Shown: piece after piece, positions 49,554-60,808 of the stretch
Layout: each line of letters starts with the position of its first letter
Position numbering within the stretch: the first letter of the stretch is position 1
The notes under the pieces: model-generated
Databases searched by the model: none
Seen by the model: the letters and a program-made list of their open reading frames with translations, nothing else
What the model was told of the DNA's origin: nothing
Assembly: GCA_016618085.1 (NCBI GenBank)
Contig: JABLTG010000001.1
Location: 1 to 64,000, forward strand
Reading direction: 5' to 3'
Source: Neovahlkampfia damariscottae
Lineage: Eukaryota
DNA length: 64,000 bases
Made by a program: the position numbers and the translations under genes

Positions 49554-50801
49554 ATGAATTATTTTCATTTTCTATTTTGTTTGACAACAATTTCTCATTA
49601 AACATTAGTTCTAACGTTAATTTCATTCATAAATTGCAATGAAATACCTGAACAGGTCAGAATTTCCATTGGATCTGAACCTGGTGAATATTCCGTCATG
49701 TGGAATTCAAAAAAGATAGGTTCACCAAGAATTGAATTTGGATATGGTCCAAAAGAATTGGTTCATAACCAAAAAGGACAAGCAATAGAAGCAACAGTTT
49801 GTAAAAAATATAAAACAGTCAATAATGAAGTTATCATAAAAGTGACAAAAGACAAAAGAGTTTATTATAGAGTTTCCAATGCTAAAAAAGGACCATGGTC
49901 ATATATCTTTGGTAAGCTTTACTTTTTCAAAATTTAACAAAATTCAACAGAGTTTTTTAGTAAAACTACTGGAGATTTTAGTTTTCTTGCTGTTGGTGAT
50001 ACAAATTTGAAAACAGAAGATGGCTTAAAAATGCCTAGTTTTTTGAAAAAATTTCGTTCGGATTTGTTTTTGCATCTTGGAGATGTTGCTTATGACCAAG
50101 GTAAACGTCCAGAAGAATGGGATAATGTGGGAAAAGCAATGGAACCTATATCTAGTACAAGACCTTTACAACATGTAGTAGGAAATCATGATGCTCATTG
50201 CGACGAAAAATATGAACAATTTCTTTTTCGATTTAGCAAACTTCCAGGAAAGAATTCTCGAGGTGGAAATGTATTTTATTCATTTGTAAGAAAAACTCTA
50301 TTAAAGAAATAGGACTTTTCACATGTACATTTTGTCATACTGTCAACGGAATCAGTGCAAAGTCTAAAGGAAGATTCAATTCAACATAATTGGTTGAAAA
50401 GTGACTTGAAAAATGTAGATAGAAAGAAAACACCTTGGGTTATTGTTTCACATCATCAACCTCCTTATAGTCCAAATGGAACTGGAGAAGAAGAACTCAG
50501 AAAAATTTTAGATCCATTGTATGAAAAGCATAATGTTGACATTGTACTTGTTGGTCATGTTCATGTTTATGGAAGATCATGTCAGGCATTATACGGAAAA
50601 TGTCAACAAAAAGGACCTATTCATTTGAATTTAGGAACTGGAGGAGCAGATTTTAAACAATTCAGAGATTTACCGACTTGGACAAGAATGAGAGAATACA
50701 TTAAAGGAATTGGCAAATTTGAAGTGACTAAAAAAAGAATTGATTTTTCATTTGTTGGTGTAAATGATAAAATAATTGATAAATACACTTTTTCAAAATA
50801 A
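49554..50801 (+). CDS. Secreted purple acid phosphatase-like metallophosphoesterase
   Basis: Signal peptide, PEQVRIS FN3-like start, VGD, GDVAY, GNHD, HQPPY, GHVHVY; three introns. Confidence 0.88.
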
Positions 50802-50807
50802 AATTTT

Positions 50808-53075
50808 TTAATGCAATGATTGTAATGAATCTGCAATTTTTAACACTTCATGAGGCGGAACAACAATGAAATCAATTTCTTTCAAAACCAAATTGTTGAT
50901 CAATGACAAATCAATATTCCCATCAACGGATTCTAAATGAAGACCAATAATTTTGTTTGCTTGATGAGCTCTTGTAATTAATCTTTCCAAAAATGGTAAA
51001 ATTGTATTTGATTGGGTTGCAATGAATTCAGAAATGTTGACTTGTTCAACATCAAGATTATCACAAAATAACTTTGTTAACCATTCAATATTTATCATAA
51101 ACCCATTAACATGATCAAATTTCTTTTCAAAATCAATTGAGTTTGAAGGGATTGGAACATCAATAAGAAATTTCCAACCATGTTCTTTTAATAATCCAAA
51201 ATTTCTTATTTTTTTCATCAATTTTTCACATTCATCCGGTTGTAAATCATCTGGAATTTGAATCATAATATTTGAAAAACCAATAATATCTTTAACTCTT
51301 TTTAAAACAGATACTTCGAATTGTAATATTTCTTCATTTTGGACATTTGATAATTTGACAATTGAAAATTTTGGATAGAATGGAGTGCATCCATAAGCAA
51401 TACTTTCAGCAACTTTTTCAAAAATGTACGTTTCTAATGATCCAAATCCTTTTGACAATTCTAAAACTTCTTCATTGAATAATTCAACAACATTTTGTTC
51501 CATCAATCCATGACTCATGTAATGATCAAATCCTAAAGATTTATAAACGGAATCAAATGTTAAACAACCAATTCCATCATTTGGAACATGATGAACATCA
51601 AATGATTTTGCAAAATCCAAAAGTTCAATCATCAATTTTGTCTTCATTTTTGGTAATTCCAAACGACAACTATATTCCTTCATATGGTATTGTAAATGTG
51701 AATCAAAAATAATTCCTTCTTCTGAGAAAGTTGAATTGTCCATGGTAACTAATTGTTTATCTTTAATTTTTTCAGTTCCATATTTTGTACCAATGATACA
51801 ATTAAGATTTCCTTCTCTGCACATTCTTGAAACTAAACTTGATTTATTACCAATATCAGTAATTAATCCAACTGATTCTTTAAGAACATCATGCCAAGAA
51901 CGATCAACACTTTCTGCTAAAATGATAGAGTGTTTTTCAAAATTAGTGTCTACAGGTGATTCCATTTTACAAATTCTTCCATTGATAATTTCAGTTCCAA
52001 TTTTGAATCCAGTTGCCAAAATTTTATTATCATCATATTCTCCTTGTTTTAAAGTGAACACTTTCATGCAACTCAATTTTTGTGGTATTGAACTATTTGA
52101 TGGTGAAATACGTACAATGTGAATATTGCTCTCTTGATCTAATGTCCATTCAACTTCAATGATTATTTCCTTTTTAAAAGTTGACGAAAAAAATCTTTCA
52201 ATTGCTTTTGTGTCTCTTGCTATTTTCAATACATATTCATCAGGTAAACAAAATGAATCTATTTGTTTTTGACTCAATTTCTTTAATTCTAATGGAAATC
52301 CTCCTGAATATGAAAAATGTTTCTTTCCTAATTCCTTTTTGATGATTGGAGTTAAATTTGGATTTAATCTTTTTTCAAAGATGACCCATTCATCAGGTTT
52401 GATTAATCCCTTTTCAAGTAAATCTAATTTGATTCCATAGGTACCAGTGACAACAATGGAGTTGTCAAATTTTTTGAATATATCTCTTGAATAGGCATCT
52501 CCACAACATGTGTTTGAAGTGTTGATCATTCTTTGAACACCAACTGAAATTCCATGTTTAAAATGATTTATTCCTTGGGTTTCTCTAAAAATCATTTCTC
52601 TTGGACTGAAGAAAAATGAAAAACATTTCATTACACCATCCAGTAAATCTTCTTCATTTTGAATACCAAGAATTGAAGTTCCAGGTAGAGAGTAATCAGC
52701 AGATGAAGATTTTATTGCAATTTCCGGTGACATTGATTCATTCTTCAATTCATCATAAGCTTTTAAAATTAAGTTTTCAATTTCCGAGTTAAATTGAGAC
52801 TCTAGTATCATCTGTTGCATTTCTAAACTTCTTAACTCCAATTCTTCAGTATTACTAAAATCTAAATTTTCATGAAGTGAAAGTATCTTTGGTATGATTT
52901 TATTTTCATGTAGATGTTGATTAAACATATTGGAAGTGATTGCAAATCCATTTGGAATGTTGATTCCTTTTGGACCTAAGTGTCGATAAGCTTCACCAAG
53001 AAGAGCATTTTTTGTGCCAATTTGAGGTATATCTTGAATAGTAACGTTTTTGAACCAAATAATCTTCCTGTTCAT
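50808..53075 (-). CDS. Phosphoenolpyruvate synthase (PpsA)-like protein, apparently catalytically dead
   Basis: GTKNALLGE, IPNGFAIT, SVGVQRMI, PDEW, VEW, TKLM, PNDGIG; phospho-His motif GGRTSHAAI appears as GNKSSLVSR; intronless. Confidence 0.82.
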   Translation of the reverse strand: MNRKIIWFKNVTIQDIPQIGTKNALLGEAYRHLGPKGINIPNGFAITSNMFNQHLHENKIIPKILSLHENLDFSNTEELELRSLEMQQMILESQFNSEIENLILKAYDELKNESMSPEIAIKSSSADYSLPGTSILGIQNEEDLLDGVMKCFSFFFSPREMIFRETQGINHFKHGISVGVQRMINTSNTCCGDAYSRDIFKKFDNSIVVTGTYGIKLDLLEKGLIKPDEWVIFEKRLNPNLTPIIKKELGKKHFSYSGGFPLELKKLSQKQIDSFCLPDEYVLKIARDTKAIERFFSSTFKKEIIIEVEWTLDQESNIHIVRISPSNSSIPQKLSCMKVFTLKQGEYDDNKILATGFKIGTEIINGRICKMESPVDTNFEKHSIILAESVDRSWHDVLKESVGLITDIGNKSSLVSRMCREGNLNCIIGTKYGTEKIKDKQLVTMDNSTFSEEGIIFDSHLQYHMKEYSCRLELPKMKTKLMIELLDFAKSFDVHHVPNDGIGCLTFDSVYKSLGFDHYMSHGLMEQNVVELFNEEVLELSKGFGSLETYIFEKVAESIAYGCTPFYPKFSIVKLSNVQNEEILQFEVSVLKRVKDIIGFSNIMIQIPDDLQPDECEKLMKKIRNFGLLKEHGWKFLIDVPIPSNSIDFEKKFDHVNGFMINIEWLTKLFCDNLDVEQVNISEFIATQSNTILPFLERLITRAHQANKIIGLHLESVDGNIDLSLINNLVLKEIDFIVVPPHEVLKIADSLQSLH

Positions 53076-53152
53076 TCTCTTTCCCAAATTGAAAACTGAT
53101 CAATTTTTTATCTGATTGGTCAAACTCCACCAACAAAAAATTTCTTCATGCA

Positions 53153-53979
53153 TTATTTATCCTTCATGATATCAATCACAGTAGAAAATTGATCAAATGA
53201 TTCTTTATCTAGATTATCACAAAATGAACGAAATGATCGATCTTGTACGTATCTTTTGAAGCAATCAATCTGTAAACTTAAATTTACAATTTTTTCAATT
53301 GCTGAAAACAAATCAATAGGACAATCACTTGGAGAACATACATCTATTTTCTGAGTAATATCTCTTCTTGTTTCATTCGATATGTTTATTTCTGATTCAG
53401 AAAATGGAACAATAAACAAACTAAACATTTCCATAGCTCTCTTATATCTTTCTCTTGGTGTTTTGATAGTCATATACTTTTCTATTTCTTCTTTACATTT
53501 AAATAATTCATCATTATGTGATTCTTCAAGAAAAACTGAAAATGCTTTTTTAAGTTTTTTATTTTTCATTGCTTTGTCATAGTTATAATCAAAGTTCACG
53601 TAAAAAATTTCTGGCGGTAAATTTTGTTCTGAAGCAATTTCTTTCATTGTTGTTTTTCCATTTGAATTCTTTAATATATCAAGTTTGATCATGAAACTTT
53701 CCACGTTTTCCGTTATTTTAATGGACAATCTGTTTTTCGTACTTTCTCTCCTTTTTGTAATTTTTTCTTTGTTTAATTCTGAATTAAATTGTTCATCTAA
53801 AGATATTCCTCCTTGTCTATTCAGTGAATTCAATGGAGCGCTTAATGATTTTCGTTTTAATGTGTTTGGTTTAGGAGTAGGAGCAACTATTTCTTTAATT
53901 TATTGTGGGACTTACATTGAATTGATTCTTTATCATCACTTTTTCTTCTTTTCAATATTGCCGATAGCACTGAAGCCAT
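53153..53979 (-). CDS. RGS-domain protein
   Basis: AFSVFLEESHNDELF, FIVPFSESEINIS, DCFKRY; one 29-nt intron near the 5' end. Confidence 0.85.
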
Positions 53980-54090
53980 GTTGTCTGTTTCGAAAAAATG
54001 AATCTATTGGTGGAAAAATTTAACGAATAGTATTTCTCTCACCTATTTAAGAAACGGAAAAATAAAAATGGAGTTTTTTTTTTTTAAATT

Positions 54091-55266
54091 TTATTCTTCT
54101 ATTTCTTCTATTTCTTCAATTTTAACCTCCTCAGCTTCTTTGAAAAAATAATCTTTGACTTCTTTAAAAGCATTTTCTGATTTTTCCAGAAATTTGAATT
54201 TGTAGCAAGATTCAACAACTTGAGGATTTCCTGGTACTTTTAAGGTGACTTTCACCTCTCCAACTTTAGAACAAATTGGTGATTCACATAAAATGAGGTT
54301 AGATTCGGCCATTAAAATTTTAACTTGTTCATTTCCGAATTTTAAAATAAAATTATCAGGATATAATACAGCTACTGAGAAAAAGTTCTGTCCAGTTATT
54401 TTTATAACTGAACTTTTTGAATTGAAAGCAAAAGGTGGTTGAATGTTGAAGAATTCAGGTACTACAGAACAAGCTTCTTTTCTACGTTGTTTTTCCTTGC
54501 CTCTTCTTGTTATAGTTTCAAATTTTTCAGTTTCTGCTGTACTTACAATTTGTCCATTTGTATCATCTTTGATGTTAAATCTCAAATGAAATCTTTGACC
54601 TTTCGAGAAGTTAGAAAAAAAACAAAAAGAACTACCATAATTATGACTTGCAAAGTGTACCGTCATGTTTTCAAATATCACCGAGAAATCTCCGGGTGGA
54701 AAACTCTTTGACTTTTCTAAAAGATCGATTTCTGCATTTTGTTGATTTGTTTTCTTTCCAATGAGAAGCGCCTCTAAACTGAAAGTTCTAAATGTTTCGT
54801 ATTTTGGTATTGAAATTCTTAAAATGTGCTTTGGTAGAGGTACTTTGTTTTCTCTTCCTCCAGATTGTTTTGGAACTGGGTTCGAAATGAATCCTTCGAC
54901 GATGGTTATCTCAGGAGGACTATAATCTTGCATTTGTTGCACATCATTTTTTTCAAAATTGACTGGATTTTGGAATTCATAAGAATTGGTTTTCAATGGT
55001 GGCAAATACATTGGTGTAGGCACTTGTTCTCTTTTGACCGTTGGGTAAAATTGATTTCTGTTGAATTGCTTTTGTTGATTTTGATAGAATGTGGTTGGTG
55101 AATTCATTCCTTGGAATTGTTGTACATTATAGTTTGGAGGATAGGTCGGTGTTGGTAAAAATACTTTTGGTTTCAAATCGTAGCTGATCGGTTTAGGAAT
55201 TTGAATCTTTTGTTTTTTTGAAGGACTTTCATCTGTGAAGTTGTTTGTATTGAGTGAGTTGAACAT
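54091..55266 (-). CDS. Putative transcription factor: Q/P-rich N-terminus, Ig-like DNA-binding-like domain and IPT/TIG domain
   Basis: IQPPF...VIKITGQNF...KFG...ILCESP...GEVKV (IPT); VHFASHNYG...RFHLRF...ETITRRG beta-rich domain; probable in-frame intron ~54600-54635. Confidence 0.6.
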   Translation of the reverse strand: MFNSLNTNNFTDESPSKKQKIQIPKPISYDLKPKVFLPTPTYPPNYNVQQFQGMNSPTTFYQNQQKQFNRNQFYPTVKREQVPTPMYLPPLKTNSYEFQNPVNFEKNDVQQMQDYSPPEITIVEGFISNPVPKQSGGRENKVPLPKHILRISIPKYETFRTFSLEALLIGKKTNQQNAEIDLLEKSKSFPPGDFSVIFENMTVHFASHNYGSSFCFFSNFSKGQRFHLRFNIKDDTNGQIVSTAETEKFETITRRGKEKQRRKEACSVVPEFFNIQPPFAFNSKSSVIKITGQNFFSVAVLYPDNFILKFGNEQVKILMAESNLILCESPICSKVGEVKVTLKVPGNPQVVESCYKFKFLEKSENAFKEVKDYFFKEAEEVKIEEIEEIEE

Positions 55267-55600
55267 TCTTCCTAATTGACCAATGAGTTTGATTTCTCTT
55301 CATGATTGGCCAATTAGCTCCATCAAACAATCTGTTTTCACTAGAACATTACAATTGAAACTGATGTTATTTTTTAAAAATATTTGATGTCAGGGCATCT
55401 CTGATAGTCTTCTCTTACCAACCGATTTTTTTGTTGGGATAATTGTCCAATGAAAAATGTCATAATTTTCCAAAAAACTACCAAAATATTTTTTTGATTA
55501 TTCCTTGTTTAAATTCTTTTTTCAGTTTTTTTATTTTGAGTTTTTTTTCAACCAATGAAATTCCCTTTTGATTCGATAAATTTTTGCACATCACTGAACA

Positions 55601-58427
55601 ATGTCTTTGATCAGAAATTATGAACCAAAATCATTAATTTCAGTAATATATATGGGTGGTGATGTAGTATTTCCAAAGAGTGAAAAATTCTTTATTTGCT
55701 CTTGTGATGAAAATGCTAACATTGTTGATTACCAAACATCAGAATTTTTAAGTTCACTCCAAGGAGTAAAAAAAAAAAAAACAAAAAAGTAACTTTTATT
55801 TTAGGACAGTTATGTCATTTCACTTGCTATAAATCCAAATGGAAAATATTTAGCAATGAGTTGTCGAAGTCAAAACATTTTTGTGTGGAATCTCGCAAAA
55901 AAGATTAAATACCGTTCCATTAGAGTAATAACTTTGTTATATTTTTTATTTTTTTCAATAGAATGATAGTCCTGTGATTTCACTTGACTATGATCCAAGT
56001 GGAACTTTATTAGCATTTGGTCAAGGTATTACCTCAAAAAAAAAAATAATTCAACAAAATTTTAAAAGGTGATCATACTGTAAAGGTTTATGATTTTGAA
56101 AATAATTATGTTACACATCATTTCAAAGGTCATACTTGTAAGAGAATTTACGAATAATTTTTTTTTCTTTTAGCAAGAGTTCATTTAGTCAAATTTCATC
56201 CAGATTCATCAAAATATCTTTTATTTACTTGTTCACAAGATGGTGTTAGATGTTGGAATTTGAGAAATAGAAAGTAAAATTTCGGAGATTTTTTTAACAC
56301 AAATTTTTTCAAGATGTATTGCTCATTTCACTGATCATTCGGAAAACATAACAGATATGACATTCTCTGCAGATGGAAAAATTCTCGTTACTAGTGGATT
56401 AGATGAAGTTTTGAATATTTATTCAATAGAAAATTTAGGTTTGTTAAAAACAATACCACTTTATGAAGTAAGAAAAACAAATCTATTAAATCAAAAGTCA
56501 ATTCAATCAATTTGTTTTGTACCAAAAGATGAACAAAAAGATGAAGAATATTTAGTTACAATTGGCTCCAAAAATAACTTAAGAAAATGGGATTATGAAC
56601 AGTCAGATTGTATACAAGAACTTAAATTGAAATCACCAGTTTCAAAATTATTGTAAGAATATTCAATGCATAATTAACATATTTAGATACATGAAGAATG
56701 AAGAAAATATTTTTTGCATTTCAGAAGAAAACAATTTCTTTTTTTACAATTTTAAATCCTTGGAAGAAAAAAAACACATTTTAGGATTTAATGATGAAAT
56801 TGTTGATTTAAGTTACATTGGAAAGAAGACTCAAAAGATCATTATCGCAACAAATTCTGATTTTTTGACAATTTTTGATTTGGAAACTAAAAATACAGAA
56901 ATTTTAAAAGGTCACAAGGATGTCATTTTGTCAGTTTCATCAACATCAGATTCAAAATATTTCGTTTCTGGAGCTAAAGATGATACAATTAGAGTTTGGG
57001 AAATTGAAAAAATGAGATGTATTGCCATTGGAGATTCACATACTGCACCAATCACATCAGTTTGTGTTTCACCAAACAATGAATTTTTTTGCAGTGTCAG
57101 TGATGACAAAACATTAAAAAAATGGCAATTCAAACCTGTCAAAAGTCATACTGAAAAACACAAAAAGACAAATGGAACATTGAAAGAAAGAGATATTTTA
57201 CCACTTAATGCAGAAACTTGTGTTGCTCATGCAAAAGACATCACAGAAGTTTCAATATCACCAAATTCCGAATTAATTGCAACATCGTCTGTTGATAAAA
57301 CTGTTAAAATTTTTAATGCATATGACTTACAAAAAATATCAGAATTTACACATAAAGCAGCAGTTTGGTGTGTTGCATTTTCGAATGTTGAAAAATGTAT
57401 TGCAACAGGTGCAAATGATAGATTAATTCGTATTTGGTCATTGACATCAGGAACATGTATTAAAGTGTTAGAAGGACATACAAAGTCAGTTATGAAAGTT
57501 AAGTATATTAACAATGGAACACAACTATTATCTGTTGGATCTGATGGATTAACTAAAATTTGGAATTTAAAAACAAATGAATGTGAAGCAACTTTTGATG
57601 AACATTCAGAAAGAATTTGGTCATTAGATGTTAGAAAAGATGGTGAAGAATTTATCACTGGTGGAGAAGATTCAAAAATTGTGTTATGGAAAGAAAATAC
57701 TCAAATTATTGCTCAAGAAGAACAAAAACTTGCTGATGATGAAATTTTGAAAGATCAACAAATCAAAAATTTAGTTCGTGGAAATAATTTCAAAGAAGCT
57801 GTTTTGACTGCAATAACATTAGAAAGACCAAGATTGTTATTTGACTTGATTCAAAAAATTGATAATTTAGATGAAATTATAGATGGTTTGTCACATGAAC
57901 AAATCACTCATTTATTCCAATATTCAATTGATTGGAACACAAATTCAAGATTTTCTGATGTTGCACAAAAAATTTTATTTTCAATTTTGAAAAAAGTTGA
58001 TCCTAGTTTTGTTTCTTTTGCATATGAAAAATCAGTTGATTCATTAATTGCTTATTCAAGAAGACATTTGAAGAGAATGGAATCACTTTTAGAAAGATCA
58101 TATTTCATGGATTATCTTTTAACAAATATGAATTTATTAATACCAACTGAATCTGATGAAGATTCAGAATCCTCATCATTATTGAAAAATAAACCAAAAA
58201 CTGAAAATTTTTCTGATGTTGTAAAAGTGAAATTTGTTGAAGAAAAATCAGATGAAAAATTGAAAGTTGAAAAAATGATTCAAGAATCATTTGAAGATGA
58301 AAAAAATAAAGAACAACCTAAAAATAAAGAAAATAAACCAAAAAATAACAAAAAAACAAAAAAAAACAAATCGGAAAAATCAATTTCACATGAAGAAGAA
58401 AAACCAAAAAAGAAGAAAAAACTTTAA
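55601..58427 (+). CDS. UTP13: U3 snoRNA-associated WD40 protein Utp13/TBL3
   Basis: IYMGG start, many GH/WD repeats, GFNDEIVD, DWNTNSR...AQ, AYSRRHLKR...YFMDY Utp13 C-domain; about seven introns. Confidence 0.9.
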
Positions 58428-58579
58428 ATTAAATTTTCATTTTGATCATTAATTATCAACACAGCATTGTATTGCTTGATGTGGAGCATCTCATGTGTTC
58501 ATTCATCTTGCATTTATATAAAGTTTGCAAGAGAATATTCGAACTATTTCAATTATAGAAACTGAATGTATTCACCGTT

Positions 58580-58939
58580 CTATAGTTGTTGTTCCTGTTT
58601 TAAACGGTTGCTAATAGTCCATCCATCATATAATATCACTGTGTACCAAAAAAAAACAACACTGGATGTCAACAAGAGACTAAATATCGAATATGAAAAA
58701 ATTAAAACTACAACATCACAAGCCAACGAAAGCAAAGCAAATACCACTCCTTTATATATCTTACCCATCACAATATGTCCTAACCCTGGCTGTATTAAGT
58801 TTAACAAAAAAATGACAACTGGGTTGTGTGTCATCCATTTTTCATTTTCCTTCCTATGGAGCTGTAGGCAGTCAACAGTTCCAGTGGTAAGTGTTATGAT
58901 ATCTTCTTGAACTTTAATCAGATTTTCTTCGTATTGCAT
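58580..58939 (-). CDS. Small two-TM membrane protein (PGLGH motif, TM2-like)
   Basis: FLLNLIQPGLGHIVMGKIYKG followed by hydrophobic helices; 3' end uncertain. Confidence 0.55.
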   Translation of the reverse strand: MQYEENLIKVQEDIITLTTGTVDCLQLHRKENEKWMTHNPVVIFLLNLIQPGLGHIVMGKIYKGVVFALLSLACDVVVLIFSYSIFSLLLTSSVVFFWYTVILYDGWTISNRLKQEQQL

Positions 58940-59052
58940 CTCTTTTGAACAGAAAACTTTCGAATTATGATTGGACAACAAAATAAATCAAAAAAGTGAT
59001 TGGTGAACAAAAATAAAATAAAACGAAAAAAATTTGAAAAAATTTTATTTCA

Positions 59053-59564
59053 TCATTTACTGTTCATGTACATTAAAATTTCAGGATGGTCTTCATCATC
59101 TGAATCATCCTCTGAATCATCATCCGAAAACGAAAAATTTTCAGAAAATTCCGTCAAAGTGTATTCAGTTGATTCTACTAGGATAGCATTTGGATCTATT
59201 TTACGTCCAAAATCTGGTTCTTTTATAGTTTCTGATTTTTCTTCTTCTTCATCCGGATAATCTACTGGTGATTCCAGAGGAGGTAAAGAAGCCCAACTGT
59301 CTCTGTCAGAAGACGAAGAAGGTGATTTTGAGTGAATTGCTTCATTCCTAAATACATTTTTGAATAAATTGTGGTTTGATGGTTTCTTATTTGACAGCAG
59401 TTTTGGCTTTGAAGAATCAACTACATCTTTTTTTGGATTTTGTTTCAGGTCTTTTAGAACAGAGTCTTTGGCTATGAATGTCTATATTTTTAATAATTTA
59501 GTTGATATTTATTTTGAATTACATCCATATCATCGTATTCTGATGAACATTTGCTTTTGAGCAT
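59053..59564 (-). CDS. Hypothetical Ser/acidic protein (missed by ORF track)
   Basis: MLKSKCSSEYDDMD, intron 59482-59522, then open frame TFIAKDS...DDEDHPEILMYMNSK stop. Confidence 0.6.
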
Positions 59565-59588
59565 TTTGCGGTTTTTTGTGAGGAGATG

Positions 59589-60030
59589 TTATATGATTGG
59601 TGGATTATTCGGTCTGTGTTTAAAAATAAATTTGAAAAAGTAAATGTGGAAAAAGGTTAATGTTTCTTTCTCACCATCATTAATTGCATTTTGATCATTT
59701 TCTTCATTTTCTTGTGCTTGTTGTTCTTTCAATGCTTCTTGACTTGCTTTATACTTTTTGAAGTATTTTCTTGCCACAATTCCAACTAAAACAAAAGCAA
59801 CAAACAAGAAAAATCCAGAACATCCGTAAATGATCAATTGGACCATTCATCACCTTTAACTCTTCCAGCAAAAATATCAGCAATAGATCCTGCAGATATA
59901 CCAATGTACACATAAATAATAGATCTAGGTAACATACCCAAGAATGTACAAATCACAAATGTCAACCAATCAATATCAGTTATGGTCAACAAATAATTCA
60001 GCAAAGTAAATGGAATCAAAGGAATCAATC
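59589..60030 (-). pseudogene. TVP38/TMEM64 (DedA/VTT) C-terminal half, frameshifted and 5'-truncated
   Basis: LIPLIPFTLLNY...TFLGMLP...YVYIG; 1-nt frameshift near 59843; no recognisable N-terminal VTT half upstream. Confidence 0.6.
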
Positions 60031-60381
60031 TTTTGATAGGATGACTGTAAAAAGTATTGAAACTAACTTATATCCACAGTTTGTTTGTTTCTTTGAATAA
60101 ATCTGCTGTTAGGTTTCCATATTTTGTTTTTTTTTTTTTATTGAATTATAAATTTGAGATTCTTTGCAGACCCAAATAAACATATTTGTTTATTAAGAAT
60201 GGTAATCATCAAAAAGTTGCACTTTCATTTCCAACAAGGATATGATTGAAATTGTTTTTCCTGGGCTTAAAAAATTCATGAAGATGTCCCATTTCTGAAA
60301 ATTGAATCAGTCCGCTTTTGATAATATTAACCAATCATATAACTACACGTACGAAAAAACAATTGTCCAATCAATTAATTT

Positions 60382-60789
60382 ATGAGCACAGAGAATCAAC
60401 AGCAATTTGAAACGCCAGAAAATAATGTTTTTTTCGAATTTAATGCTGTTTCAATACCACCAAATGACACCACAGCTGCACGTGAAAAAAGAGCCAAAAA
60501 AATAAAAGAACAAAGGGAAACAAGAAAAGAAATAAAACAATCTTCTTCATCCATTGAAGAATCTTCACAACTAAAGAAAAAAAAAAGATTAGTTAGAAAT
60601 AGAGAAGCTGCACAAGCATCAAGAGAACGAAAGAAACAGCATTTGACCGATTTACAACAACAAGTAGATGATTACAAAAATCAAATTGAAACATTGGAAA
60701 AAAAAGTGTAAGAAAATCATATTTTGAAAATAACTTTTAAAAGAGAATCACTTGAACAGGAGAATGAAGAACTAAAAAAAAAATTGTAA
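60382..60789 (+). CDS. bZIP transcription factor
   Basis: KKKKRLVRNREAAQASRERKK plus leucine heptads; one intron ~60708-60743. Confidence 0.92.
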
Positions 60790-60808
60790 AATAAATTTAT
60801 TCACTTTG

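Noticed and set aside
4458..59560. Numerous 60-140 aa ORFs antisense to real genes (e.g. 4458-4679, 10895-11110, 29934-30236, 51736-52122, 57227-57658)
   Set aside because: Shadow ORFs on the opposite strand of well-supported CDSs with no family motifs
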